The position numbers and the translations under genes were made by a program. The notes under the pieces were generated by a model that was not told where the DNA came from, did no database searches, and was given only the letters and a program-made list of their open reading frames with translations. DNA of 63,663 nucleotides, counting the filler, from Salisapilia sapeloensis CBS 127946 (Eukaryota; Protista; Oomycota), in assembly GCA_023334545.1 (NCBI GenBank). It is 5 parts of 5 records of this genome, joined end to end, with 100 filler letters (N's around TTAATTAATTAA, not from the genome) between each part and the next. Parts side by side here need not be neighbours in the genome. Positions count along the whole stretch, not along the records: positions 45,621 to 62,323 come from JAADVB010000350.1; 4 more parts are not named here. One strand, 5' to 3'. Shown piece by piece: positions 45,621 to 58,440 of the stretch. Numbering within the stretch: the stretch's first letter is position 1; each line of letters opens with the position of its first letter.

Positions 45621-47661
45621 GGACAGCTGGATGATGTGATATAATTATGTGACAAGATTCACTTATGTCATGGGTACAACTCGGCCGAGTAGCTTTATGG
45701 GAACCACCATCAATAAACAATGGTACCATAATGGATGGAGTCGAAAACACAAGCATCTATCTATTCTGTATGATTCTTTTCCAAACACTGGTGGTATTGC
45801 AAGTTTCATTTAAAATGTCATAGTTCGATCTGTGGAATCGATCCAGCCAAATAAATCCGATACATTTTTCAAGAGTTCTTTTAACCATGCCCCAACAACA
45901 GACACTCTTTTTAAATATCATGATTGGTGAAAAATACGTAAAAAGATTGAGTTTTGGCGAATGTTTGACTTGCATATCCTTGTATTTTGTAGCTTGATAA
46001 GCCACACTGACTGCAAATTACTGTACTTTTTTAATGAAAAAGCAAATCAAATAGAAACTTATCGTTGGATGAAATTCTAGAAAATGATCTATTTTAAACG
46101 AATGAGAGGATCGGATCGATTGTGAGCTCGATTTACCCACCAAGATGAAACTAGCCCGATTATGGAAATTTGGCCGAGAAGCACAATATATGCCATGAAT
46201 AAAGATACATTCACGGTGGTATACACTTGAATATGTGATGCATTATCATAAATTCGGCAGAGTAGCGAGTCTTGCTGCAACTTGTTTACCTGATAGCCAG
46301 AATTGAATCCAACACCAAAAATTGCACCTTGATTACAGAAGTTTAATCAGCGTAGTCCGACGCATAGCTCTTCGTCAAGGATGAACCCATGGCACTCCTA
46401 TGGGTGCAACTCATCTCATGTGTGAGTCGGTGGTTTGGCAACTGCCATCATAAATATGACTGTCGGATGTTTTGCGATCGGAGCACCAAACGTCGTGCGA
46501 TCCGTCGCATACTTAAAAGCGTCTTCTGAGTCTCGACTAGCGGAAGCAACTTTCCTGCTGGAGACAAGTGGGTGACATTAAACGTCTGCATCGCGATCTT
46601 AAAACCATCAAGTGATATGCAAGAATAATTTCGATAGCATGTTACAGATAGTTTCATGAGTATCAAGTCTTTTGTTGACCCATGGCGATCTCCCAGTTAA
46701 TGTCTATATGAGCGAAGTCCATATCAATATTGAACCTTTATAAATCTGTCTGCTTTTAATGAACACGCCTCGAGATACATCCAAGTCGATGGAAGCTGTG
46801 TTTGTGCTATCGTATATCAATACAAGTTGGCTACATCAACTTAGGTTCATGGATAGTTTCTGACAGGGAAAGAGGAACGTGATGGTTGATGCATGCGGGA
46901 ATCATGGTTATCGTAATCTCTAGGCAAAGAGTTCATGTATCGCCCAAGCTCATGTCAAGTGGTGTAGTAACTGTACCAGTGTCCTTATGGAAACCTGGAA
47001 GTTTAGTGAAGTAGTCAGATTGAAATTGATGCGGTATGGACTTGCAAATCATAGTGGTCTCTTTTCTGGATCGTATAAGCTTTCACTAGTTGGATATTAT
47101 CTGTATTCATAAACACCAAGCAGCTTGCTATAACTATAGAGATGTAGTGATGAATCATATTAAACAGGAGTGCAAAAGAATACTTTGCGCTTTTCAGGAA
47201 ACAGGTTCCGGTCCCTGTCATGGTCCGAAATGGTCAGTAGCTGTCAGATCGGTCTTGCAAATCGTCTACGCGCATCATGTCAATAATAGGTAGTGTGTCC
47301 AGGTAATTTCGGTGACACGAACCTATTCAGACTCTCGATAGCTTTGCGGTGCTCAATGCATGCTATAGCGTCGAATAATCAAAGCTGGTAAAAGAGAAGA
47401 GTCCGGTTTGCAGAAATGAATACTTGTGTGTAATCTGGTCGAGGAGATGGCTAAATCTTCATTTGCGATATGCACTAACTGTCTGGAAAACGGTAGACGA
47501 AAAGGTCTCGTCGCATCTGTGCGACGATGGGAAGAGCCTCCTTCAAAATTCCGACTTAGCATCGACGCGAGTCTCAGGTGGAGTTTCATTCCCGAATTTG
47601 CTTCTTCCAGCAACAGTCGAAAGCTAAGAATCAAGTACATCTCAACTCTTCGCTCTTCAAA

Positions 47662-48480
47662 ATGAAGAATCAACTCCAACAGACACTACTTGCTCTTGCT
47701 GTCTGCTTCATGAGCATGAATCTTGCTGCAGCAGACAACAGTCCCAAGACAATTCTAAGTTCAGCTGGTGACATCCAGATCGCGCCTGCCGTTGCTGCTG
47801 GCCTTGCCATCGTTCTCGGAACAATCGTGGCTGTCGCTGGATATAAACTACTCCGGCCGGTCATTTTTGTATGTGGATTCCTCGCTGGAGGTATCATCAC
47901 ATCCTTAATTATCGAAAAGGCTTTCGACTCGTATTCGTGGATGGATGTCGCTTCTTGGATTGGCTTTGTAGTTGGTGGCTTCATCATTGGCACGCTTGCG
48001 GCTGTGTTATACCCTGTCGGTGTCTTCATCGTCGGAATGGTCGGCGGAATCATTCTTGCCTTCATGTTGAACTCATCATTTGGCTACCTCATCTACCCTT
48101 CGCATCCGGACGTCATTTTAATCATCTTTATCGTTGTACTCGCAGTCCTTGGTGGTATCCTGACACTGTTTTTGGAGAAACCGATTCTCATCGTGGCGAC
48201 CAGCTGGATTGGAGCCTCGGCGTTAGTGTGGGGCATCGGATACTTTGCTGGAGACTACCCGAGTGGATCTAATATCAAGCACTATTACCGCGAAGCTAGG
48301 GATGGCAATTTCCACTACCACATTCCGGATGCGTGGTGGGCTTACTTGGCTGCTACAGTTGTCGCCTTCGCGTTAGCCATGTTCATTCAATTCCGTAAGA
48401 CTGCTCGCGAAGTTGAACATCGTCGTGCACGCGCTCCTCGTGAAGAGAATGACTTCACTGAGAATGTATCGCCGGCATAA
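47662..48480 (+). CDS. TMEM198/DUF4203-family multi-pass membrane protein
   Basis: Signal peptide and ~7 Gly-rich TM segments. GYKLLRPVIFVCGFLAG and EKPILIVATSWIGA match the family pattern. Confidence 0.8.
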   Translation: MKNQLQQTLLALAVCFMSMNLAAADNSPKTILSSAGDIQIAPAVAAGLAIVLGTIVAVAGYKLLRPVIFVCGFLAGGIITSLIIEKAFDSYSWMDVASWIGFVVGGFIIGTLAAVLYPVGVFIVGMVGGIILAFMLNSSFGYLIYPSHPDVILIIFIVVLAVLGGILTLFLEKPILIVATSWIGASALVWGIGYFAGDYPSGSNIKHYYREARDGNFHYHIPDAWWAYLAATVVAFALAMFIQFRKTAREVEHRRARAPREENDFTENVSPA

Positions 48481-48656
48481 AGCCCAAGAAGGTCAACCGT
48501 AAGATCCATCCAGAGCCTCGAAACCACATCGAAAGTATTAGCAAACGACAGTAGCTTATATTCGATAGAAAAGGTTATGGAGAGAAAATAAGTTAATTTC
48601 AGAAGGAAAGTGTGCCCAAGCTACGTGAACTCGTCCCTCTTTTATCAAAATGGCAG

Positions 48657-49403
48657 CTACTTGCAGCTAGCTTTTACTTCTTCCGTGTCTCTTGATCGTT
48701 CAGTTTTAGCTGGCAATTTGATGACAATGCTTTCTTCTTTTCGACAATAAGAAAACTGCTTGACGAACTTCTTGGCTCTGTTGACATCGCCGTTCCACCC
48801 AGAAACATACTCATTCACTTTTTCCTCTGAGAAATCATATTGGAATTGTTCTACCCGCTCTATATCGTAGATGTGTACACGGACATTCTCATTCCCGTCT
48901 TCCAATGGCCGAATAAAGGAGGATACGATCACATACGAGCCACACGGCAGCCTCATACCTTCCTTCCGTAGTAACTGAGCTTTCTGAACAATAGCATTTG
49001 CTTCCTTCGTTTCTTCTGCATCAGAAGATGGTCGAATTGGAGTTGCAACTACAAAGTCTGCCCATTCAAAGTCAATTCGAACTGGTTCATAATTAAATGC
49101 AGGCTGCGTTCGAGTCTGGATGGACTTGCGTCGGTAGTCATACGCCATCGCCTTCTTTTTCACCACGATCTCATCTTTAGACAGATCATACTTATTCAAC
49201 TTGATGTGTTTTGGATCGTTGTGGATTTTATAAATTCCGTCGTCGAGATCTGCCCATGGTCGACTCTCGTGTTGAGCGTCGTATGCTTCTAACGTCTTGG
49301 CGTTCGCAGCGTCACGTTTCCGTGTCTCTGATTCGCTCACCTGGGTATTCGCCCCTTTTTCTTGTCTTGATGGCATATTTTGCATCGAAGTTTTTGCTTC
49401 CAT
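48657..49403 (-). CDS. Hypothetical protein (248 aa)
   Basis: ATG-to-stop ORF with normal coding composition, divergent from UTP6. No domain recognised. Confidence 0.65.
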   Translation of the reverse strand: MEAKTSMQNMPSRQEKGANTQVSESETRKRDAANAKTLEAYDAQHESRPWADLDDGIYKIHNDPKHIKLNKYDLSKDEIVVKKKAMAYDYRRKSIQTRTQPAFNYEPVRIDFEWADFVVATPIRPSSDAEETKEANAIVQKAQLLRKEGMRLPCGSYVIVSSFIRPLEDGNENVRVHIYDIERVEQFQYDFSEEKVNEYVSGWNGDVNRAKKFVKQFSYCRKEESIVIKLPAKTERSRDTEEVKASCK

Positions 49404-49671
49404 TACGGATGAACCTCACTACTTCTAGGATTGAGATCAAATGTATCTCTATTCAGTCCGACGTAGGAGTTTCATCATTGCATCCCTTGAAGATCGCAAC
49501 TTCAACTTGCGGTGGATAGGGCTACTATTCGTTCAAGTGCGAAGCATCCGAACCAATAAACGCGACATCACTCAATTGGGCACTTCGTCTACGACTCGAG
49601 GCTCTTTATCTTCACCTGTCTACTTGGTTTCGAACAACTTGTAGTTGCATTGCAAAGCCAATTGAACTAGG

Positions 49672-51677
49672 ATGGCGGACACGGTACAATTGATGATGGA
49701 ACGTATGGTTCCGGAGCTGGAAGAGCTCCAGAAGACGAACATCTTCACGCCGGTATGGCACATTTGTTATTTCACAAGTATAGAAAGCATATTGAAAGTA
49801 CTCTGTTGCTTGGATGATTCCAGGATGAGATTAGACAGATTGTGGACAAGCGAAGGAACTTTGAATACATGATGAAGCGCACACCACTGCGCATTATTGA
49901 TGCCCTTCGCTATATCGAATACGAGATCAATCTTGATGCTCTCCGTATCAAACGCAAGCAGCGTTTCGGTACGCCATCTACTCTGCATTGATTCTATGCA
50001 TGCATCCTCACTGTTTCTGTAGGTATTACCAAGTCCCAAGTCAGCGATGTTGCAGGCATTAAACGCATTCATAAGATTTTTGATCGTGTGTTGCAACGTC
50101 ATCGCGGCAATCTCAACCTTTGGCTGCAATATATTGCCTTTTGTAAAGCGCAAGGTAGCTCTAAGGTTCTCGCTGGTGTCTTCTCCAAAGCCCTGCAGTC
50201 GCTTCCTCGATCGCCTGAACTCTGGATTGAAGCTGCTTCATACGAGTTTTCAGAAAACCTCAATGTCAATTCCGCTCGTCTCCTCATGCAACGCGCTCTT
50301 CGGGTCAACAAACACAGTCAAAAGCTCTGGCTTGAATACTTCCGTCTCGAGCTCCTGTACATCCAAAAGCTGACCATTCGAAGAGAAGTGTTACAACTAG
50401 ATGAAAAAGAGGAAGAGCCTCAGAGTCTGGTCATGGACATGGACGACCTGCCAGGCGACCAGGCTGAGGACAGTGACTTTGTTCTTTCGACAAAGAAAAA
50501 AGCTCGTGATGCGGTCCTGAAAGGAGCCATTCCTCGTCTCATCTTTGAAGAAGCCATCTCGTCTATCCCGGAAGACGTCTCTTTCCGTCTCCAATTCGTT
50601 GACATTTGTGATCCTTTCGGCATTGAATGTGCCTCGGAGCTCTCTGAATCGATCCTACAGTCTTGCTTGCAAAGCTTCCCATCGAATGAGCTCGTGCTAC
50701 AGGTGTGGGCAGTGCGTCCGTTGATCGAGAATGACAATGAAGAAGGAGAGATGACTGTTTTGTCTCGATTCGAGCGGACCATCAAGTCAGTGGATAGTCT
50801 CTCGATACACGAGGCTGCTGCTAAGTGGCTTGTTCAGCGCTTGGCATCCGGAAACGCTTCGCACATGTTGAAATCAAATGCGAAATCAAAGTTGATGGAA
50901 CTGCTGCAAGCAGCCAGTGCCACGGACGTGTCTGGGCAGCAGACTGTCTACCTCGCATCTATCCTGTCCAAGTACCTCGATGTCGTCGTACGGACGGATG
51001 GAGTCAGCGAGGCACTGTCCTTTGTTCAAACACAACTAAAGCAGTCGACAGTGATGGCAAAGTCGGCAGATTGCTGGCTGCTATACGCTCAATTGACTGC
51101 ACGTAGCGTATCGCCTAATGATCGAAAGCAGGTGCTGTCGGTACTCGAGGAAGGTGTAAAGACGGTGGATGCTAGAGATAGATTCAAAGTATGGAGAAAG
51201 CTACTAGAACTGACGTCGTCTTCGCCGTCGGAAGGTATTAGTAAGGTGGATTCAATGTTCCAGGCTGCCATGCAAGAGTTAGAGCGTGGATCGGAAGGAT
51301 GGAATGAGATTCGTGCGATGTACCTAACGTGGTACTCGACGGTCTATCCGCTCGTGGACGTTCGAAAGTGTTATGTCAAGTTTATGCAGACGACGCAATT
51401 GCTACCGACGGACGCGACGTTTGGATTTTTAAAGCAGTGCATTGAGATGGAACAAGCTGTGGTACGAAAGGAGGATGTGGATGTACCTGCCGTTCGCAAG
51501 TTGTTTGAAAAGCTTGTGGACTTGTTCGGAGATGCGCAAGAGGATGTCTGGATTGACTATCTGCAGTTCTATCGATCGATGAACATGTTCCGAGAGGCCA
51601 CGAGTATCTACCAACGAGCTCGACGGGTATGGAAGAACTCGGTTCGCATTGCCGACTTCTCTCTAGCAACCAAGTAG
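49672..51677 (+). CDS. UTP6: U3 snoRNA-associated protein 6 (HAT repeats); 3 exons
   Basis: MADTVQLMMERMVPELEEL N-terminus, YIEYEINLDALR, HAT repeats (LWLQYIAF, LWIEAASYE, LWLEYFRLEL). Confidence 0.9.
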
Positions 51678-51851
51678 GATAGATAAGAAAATCAATTTCT
51701 GCTTTCATACTTTTTTTCAGGAATGAAAGGACTAGCTTTAATGAGTACGAGTACGCTTGGTTGACATAGTATTGTTTTGCTTCATTATCTCTTAGAAGCT
51801 ATCTGTACTAGTGAAAAATTGTGGACTGGGGTGTGACCGACTACTGTGCTT

Positions 51852-52064
51852 CTATCTCGCTTCGAATTGAATGAGTCGTTTCGTGCGTGCCTTGTACATG
51901 ATTCGGTAGCCGCAGGCACGGCAACGGATCGGATCACGCGCCGATAAATAGTTGACGATGCCGCAGTCTCCGCAAATGTACTTGATTTCTGGGTCCTTGA
52001 CGGCATCCCCCATTGCAGGGTCGCTCGTCGACATGCCAGGCGCTGGGGTCGCTCCTCCGTCCAT
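51852..52064 (-). CDS. RPB12: RNA polymerase I/II/III common subunit RPABC4 (RPB12)
   Basis: YICGDCG...[23 protein letters not shown]. Confidence 0.95.
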   Translation of the reverse strand: MDGGATPAPGMSTSDPAMGDAVKDPEIKYICGDCGIVNYLSARDPIRCRACGYRIMYKARTKRLIQFEAR

Positions 52065-52330
52065 CGTTTTCTTGCGAGGAAAAGTTGCAAATATGGCTTC
52101 ACGCGATAAATTTCAAAGACGCTATTTGTATTTCCTTACGCTAAATATACTTACTATGACAAAGTATAAAGTGTATCGCTAGGATGAAAACTAGTAATTT
52201 ATATGCTTGTCGAGTAAACTACGGACACAAACTTGGACACAACGGAATAAAATCGCTGGCTGACAAGCGAAGCAGTCGATTGACTCCATTGACGTTGCAT
52301 ACTTGCTTCTTTTCACACTCCAGCAGCAAG

Positions 52331-53933
52331 ATGAGCATGGCAGAGCCCCAGATGCCCACAATGTAAACCAGACTCCATTCATAGTTTCTTTCATCAACCT
52401 CGTATCGTCTTGTGCTGACATGGCTACACTTTCTATCCTAGTCTCTGTTGCATGTGCGCAACGCCCATCGAGGCCAATGCCGCGAATATGTGTGCTCCGT
52501 GCCTCCGCAACCAAGTAGACATTACAGAGGGCATCACTAAGGAAATTACGATCCACCAATGTCGTGGATGTCTCCGTTGGCATCGACCACCATGGGTGGC
52601 GGCTGAGCTCGAGTCTCGAGAGCTCCTCGCTCTGTGCTTGAAGAAGATTCCTAATCTTAAGGGCGTTAAGCTAGTCGACGCCAACTGGATCTGGACAGAG
52701 CCTCACAGCAAGCGACTCCAGTTGAAACTCACTGTTCAGAAAGAAGTGATGACGCAGATGATCCTGCAGCAGTCCTTCGTCGTCACGTTCATCGTCCGTA
52801 ACGAGCAGTGTGAGGACTGTCAGGCTAGTTTTGCCAACCAAGCATGGCGTGCTGTCGTCCAAGTGCGTCAGCGTGTCGATCACAAGCGTACCTTTTACTT
52901 CCTCGAGCAGCTCATTCTCAAGCACAAAGCTCATGAGAAGACGACGAGTATTGAATCTCATCCGGACGGCATCGATTTCTTCTTCTCTGAACGTAGTCAT
53001 GCCATTCGTTTCGTCGACTTCTTACGTGAATGTGTGCCAGTAAAGGTCAAAACGGCTAAGAAACTCGTGTCGGCAGATAATCATAGCAATACGCACAACT
53101 ATAAGTTCACGTACGCTGCGGAGATTGCGCCCATTTGTAAAGACGATCTCGTGGCACTTCCCCTCAAGCTTGCGAGAAACCTCGGTAACATCTCGACTTT
53201 GTGTCTCGTCCAGTCGGTCGGGTCGACTATTCGTGTCTTGGATCCGACGACCACCCAGATCGCTGACATTGACAGTGATAAGTACTGGCGATACCCTTTC
53301 ACGGCTCTTCGATCGATGAAGCAACTGCAGTCGTTCACGGTCTTGGATTCGAATCCGATGTCCATTCCGATCGGAGGAGGCCGACCTGTGCGTACTAATC
53401 GCAAGACGAGATTGGGCGAGATGGATGTCGTTCGTGACAAGGACTTTGGTGTCAACGACACTCGTTTCTCGACGATTAGCCACCTCGGTATGCTGCTCAA
53501 GTCGGGCGATAGCGCGTTAGGATACGACTTGACGAGTGCTGTGGTGAATGAAGCGGACTTGGAACCTCTACGACAGGAAGGACGAGACATGCCAGACGTT
53601 GTGCTAGTGAAGAAGCACTATCCGGACCGTATGAGGAAACGGAATTGGAAGCTGAAGCAGATGGAAGGTGTGGAAGAGTACGAAGGCAATGGCAAGAGGG
53701 ACTTGAACAAGGATGAGATGGACTACGAGAACTTCTTGGACGAAGTCGAGGAGGATCAGGAGATGCGTGCGCAGATTAATGTCTACAAGGACGACAAAGC
53801 TAATGCGATGGAAGGCGAGACTAGTATTCCGTTGCACGAGTTACTGGATGATCTCAAGGTCGAGGAACAAGCTGCTGTCTTGAATCCGGCGGAAGCGGAG
53901 CAGATGCCGGCGTGGGAACTTGAAGAGCTGTAG
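52331..53933 (+). CDS. NMD3: 60S ribosomal export adaptor NMD3; 2 exons
   Basis: Exon 1 MSMAEPQMPT spliced to ILCCMCATPIEANAANMCAPC. WIWTEPHSKR, AVVQVRQRVDHKRTFYFLEQLILKH. Confidence 0.95.
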
Positions 53934-54001
53934 ATATGTTTGCAACAGAAAAAGCTTTTACTTTTTGTTTCCTTCGAATTTACTTTTCTTTCGTATCGAA
54001 T

Positions 54002-55874
54002 CTAAGTGGGCTTCGGGATCGTCCAGTCCTGCGGGACAGGACCGACGTCGTTAATAACCTCACGGTGGCATGACCAGACCATACGGATGGCTTCGATCGT
54101 ACCAATACCGCCGGCACGCGGGTCACCTGCCGGTCCGAACCAGTGGTTCTGAGGAGCACCAGTGGTACGGGCGCGGATACCGGCGTACGACGTGCCGTTG
54201 ACAGAGTTCGCGATGATGTGCTGCGTGAACTCCGGGTCGTTCGACACGACGGCGGCGGTCAAGTGGGCGTCCATCTTTTCCAAAAAGTTCAGAATGTCCT
54301 GCACCTGACTGTCGTCGTACTCGGTGATCACTTGGAACGGACCGAAGATCTCGGTCGTGACAAGTTCAAAGTTCTCCGGCTTGATGAGTTCCTTCATCGG
54401 GACGAAGACGGCAGTGGGCTCAATGGCACCGTACTGCTCCGGCACCTTATGGTCCTTGAGCTCCTTACCACCAAAGGCAATGCGAGCGCCAGGGAGAGCC
54501 AACAGGTTGTCACGGTGCTCGAGCATGCGCTTCGTCGAGACTGTGAGGACAGGTCCGATGGTCAAGTCCTCCATCGAGCGACGGGAAGCGAGTTCAGCCA
54601 GTTTCTTCTCAATACCAGCCTCGGTCCAGTTCTTGTGCATGAACAGAATGGACTCGGCGGAGCACTTTTGACCAGAGCAAGCGTACGCGTCCTGGTCGCA
54701 CGTGTAAGCGACGTAGTCAAAGTCTGAGACATCCGGACCAAGGATCTTCCAGTCGAAACCAGCGTCCTCAACCTTGATGCGTCCTTGCAAGTCCTTGGCG
54801 AGCTTTTCGGCGACAGTGGAAGAGCCCGTGAAGAGCGTGTTGCGTGGGTTCACTTGCATCAGCAAGTCGTTCATGACCGGACCGTCCGAGTGGATGAAGT
54901 CGACGTCTTCCATGGGCATGCCACAGTGGTGGAGCATGCGCAAGGTTTCGTTCATGACGATCGAGACCTTGGAGTCAACCTTCAACAGCACCTTGTTGCC
55001 CATGTAGAGAGCGCCCATGAGCTGCAGCACCGGGATCTCGAACGGGAAGTTGAACGGCGTGATAAGGGAGACGGGACCGTACGGCCAGCGGTGGCCGTGG
55101 CTCGTCTGACCAGTGTGGTCACCAGGCACACCAAACGAGCGCGCGAGGAAACGGACCTGGTCACCCGAAAAGTTCTCAAGGAACTGACGAGAAATCCTCA
55201 CTTCGGCCATTGCCTGCGTGTAGCTCTTGGGAGACACACGCTGGACGAGACGGGCAAAGTAGTCGGCGACCTCCGGGTCACGGAGCATGGCAGCAGCCTT
55301 CGCGGAAACCTCACCATACAGCAAGTAACTACAATAGTATATCGTTTAGTAAGTATCTGCTGTTCGCATGTAGACGAAAGAGTCCTGCCACGTTGCATCG
55401 TGTATATAAAAGATACATGATGTGGTAGCAGTTGATAAGAAGATGTGGCTCTACAATTACTTGGAAATGTGCAAGTGATAACGTACCGTTCAGGGTTTTT
55501 GTACGGGTTGTGGAGACCGTGCTTGGGGCAGCTCGTCATGCTTTCGACGAACGGCTCAAGATCGGACGTCTGGGTCAGCGGAAGGTTGATGAATCCTTCG
55601 CCGTTCATCGGGTCCGGGATGACCTCCGTCTTGCTGGCCTTCTTCCATTCACCCTTGACTGTGCATCGGATACAACAATAAGAATTGGCATGTATGAATG
55701 AAAAGTTGCAAAGGAAACTTTACCAAGGTTGTATCCTTCGGCAGGATTTTGGCCATTCATGCCATTGGGATCGACCGTCGCCCACGACAGGGACGACATG
55801 GAACGGGCAGACGCATTGAGTGCTTGCGCGCGCTTCGCGAAGGTCGCGATGCGTGCAGAGCTTTGGCGCAACAT
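54002..55874 (-). CDS. ALDH12A1: Mitochondrial delta-1-pyrroline-5-carboxylate dehydrogenase (plant/stramenopile ALDH12 type); multi-exon
   Basis: Presequence MLRQSSARIATFAKR, RWPYGPVSLITPFNFPFEIPVLQ, EDAGFDWKILGPD, AYACSGQKCSA, NGTSYAGIRARTTGAPQNHWFGP. Confidence 0.92.
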
Positions 55875-56290
55875 GAGACTAGAACGAATGGATCGACGTG
55901 TGTTTCTGACCGCAAAACTCGAAATGAAAAAATTTTGAAGATCAGGTAGTGATACCACCTCGTACAGTTCCATTGGTTTCTACCTGTTTATGGCTTATTA
56001 AGGGGTTTTGGTAGGCGTAAAGGGGTTTTTGAAGATTGTAAACGACAGTTGTATCGAGGATGACAATGTTGAAGGTGTGCCAGCATCGAAAGACGTGTCC
56101 AAGGATCGACCAGGTGGAAAAGTAGCTACGGCCCGATAGAGGCACACCTCCCATTGATACGTCCGGTTCCAATGGAGCGGCTGCCGTCATTGTGCAAACA
56201 TGGATGGCTGGGAGCGACAGGAATACAGCTCTAATCATCATGTGTATACTTTAGTTTACTTACATCTGTCTACCGCCACCGGCAAACGTT

Positions 56291-56476
56291 TTAATCTTTC
56301 TTGTCTTCTTCTTGGCGTGGCGTGCCAGACTTGACGGCAGCTTCTGCTACCTCGGGTGGGATGCTCGGGATGGCAAAGCGTCGACCGACTGCACCTTTAC
56401 GAGCAAGTTCTTTTCGATCGTCCTGATTGCTTGAGCCTGTCGTTGACTTGGTGCTATTCTTATCTCCACTTTCCAT
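56291..56476 (-). CDS. Candidate 61-aa small protein
   Basis: ATG ORF with hydrophilic, coding-like composition, followed by a GTAAGT donor-like site. No domain. Confidence 0.3.
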   Translation of the reverse strand: MESGDKNSTKSTTGSSNQDDRKELARKGAVGRRFAIPSIPPEVAEAAVKSGTPRQEEDKKD

Positions 56477-56795
56477 CTCTTGGCTTCGCGTGCTAAATTT
56501 GAAGTCGAGAATCCTTAAAGGTTGCGAATAGCTACTCGAGATCTAGGCAGCGCGCAACGGTTTTTCGATTATGACTAGCGTGCGCAGTCTTGGCTTCGAT
56601 GATCAACCTTATCCGTCGTCGTCCAGTTGATGGCGAAACGTAGTGACTGCTCACGTACCTCTGAGTATTCAGGTGTCAACGTCGCGAAACGCATTCATGC
56701 ATAAAACAATGTCGCTAGATTACTTCTCAATAGAAATCAAAGTTTCCACGTTTGCCTAGATACAGTCCGGTCATGTACGATTCTTTATTTCAAAT

Positions 56796-58440
56796 TTATG
56801 CTTGATGAACGACTTGGACGACGCCGTGTTGCGTACGCTCCGCAACTTTGTCGAGTTTCTGCTGTTGCTCATCGTCCCACGCAATCGACACGCGCGGGTC
56901 ATTCTTTGTTAACCGAAGTTTATGCAGCTCTTTCAGCTCTGTCGTGTCACCGCCCAAAATCAGGACCAAACAGCTTTTCGGTGGTAGATGATCTGTTATG
57001 GTCTTGGCATGTGCTTGAATCTCACTTCGAGACGCACCGCGGAATCTTGCCCATGTGAAATGAGGTGGTAGCCCAGACTCGAGCTGTCCTACCACCGTCT
57101 TCGCGATTTGTGCCGGGTCTTCCTGAATGACAGTTGATGCAACGCAACTGCCTGCGCCACTCGTGATCGACCGACAAGAGCGTGCGGCATCTACAATTAA
57201 TGCAGTCTTCTTCTTTCTACCTAACTCACGAAGAACATTCTTGTTCTGTGGTGTTTTCTCTACCTGCGGAAACGATGGTCCTTTCTTCACTTTGAGCTGG
57301 AGGAGATGCAGTGCCGCAAGAGCGTCTTCTTTACTATCATGCCCATTCTCACTGTCCTGAATCGTTTGGTTCAAATACGTTTTTGTTAGCACCCTCAATG
57401 CCGTTCGAAACGGTGGACCTTTCGGATGAGGATACAAAGCACAGGTGTCGACGACACGTCGATGTATCACTTTCATCGCGACGAGATCATTTTCAATCGA
57501 GTGTCCGACTAGAATCGCACTGGATGGTACAAGTGTCGCGATTTTATCGTGAACATCAGATAAACGTGTACTTGTATCCTCCATGATCTCTCTCGTGACA
57601 CCTGAGAAGCGAGTGCAGTAGTCGACGATTGGATTTAAAGGTCGAACGAATTCATCCAACAAGACTTTTTCATCCGAGTCGACGAGTGTGACACGAGTGA
57701 GTTCGCGGCCTTTAGTCGTAATACACATTTCACAATCCACAGCGATGATCTGGTTAGCTGGTGCATTCTCCACTGGCTTTGTGAACATATATCCTTCCTT
57801 CTTCGCAGCTTCTTCAGACGTTGGTAGACTAGACAAATGCTGGTCGAATTCTTCATCGCTGAGGATGTAGAACTCGACGCCCACTTGACCATCTCCATGT
57901 GACGATTTGAACTTTTTAATCTGCTTTTTGAGCGCTTTCTTAGCTGCTTTCTTTTCAGTATCGAGCTCTTCCTTGGTAATTGGAATACGAAGTAAAGTGG
58001 CATCACAACGGGGGATGCTGTCATCGCTTGATAGTTTTGTTTGGAATGTATAGCCAGTGATTGTGTCGATTGATGCGATGTCACTCGTAGCGTCTTGTGT
58101 AGAGTTTGATGGACGGAGGTCAGGTACATCTTCACAGACGAGCAAAACAGCATACTTCAAGTCGGGTGTGGAGTCATGCAATAGCGCATCGGTCAGTGCA
58201 TCTCGAATATCCTATCGTATGCATATCGAATGCATAAAGTTAGATAAGATTGATACATTTGCATGCTGCGATCGATGTGAATAGCTAGTATACCGGTAAA
58301 GGCGTCATTTTTTGCTTTTCTGCAACAAGGTCTTCCATGGATCCTTTAAAAGAAGTATCACTGGGTTCCTCATTGGCTTTACGCTTCGCTTTACGCAACG
58401 AGCCCGTTGTAGCGGCAGTTAAAAAGAACGGTGCAGCCAT
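56796..58440 (-). CDS. DEDDh RNA exonuclease (REX1/REXO5-like); 2 exons
   Basis: [36 protein letters not shown]. Upstream exon MAAPFF...MTPLP joined via GTATAC...GATAG. Confidence 0.88.

Noticed and set aside
45640-45940. SPIMIFKK and LFIDGGS as Gypsy RT or RNase H motifs
   Set aside because: Too short and wrongly spaced, with no supporting YxDD or other motifs. Left as unassigned DNA.
46586-46606. LHRDLKT kinase-like catalytic loop
   Set aside because: No following Asn, DFG or upstream VAIK motif, and stops on both sides. Likely chance.
54143-55420. Long + strand ORFs (194 and 211 aa) opposite P5CDH, and 8949-9713 opposite SNF2
   Set aside because: Antisense shadows caused by codon bias of the real gene. 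No motifs.
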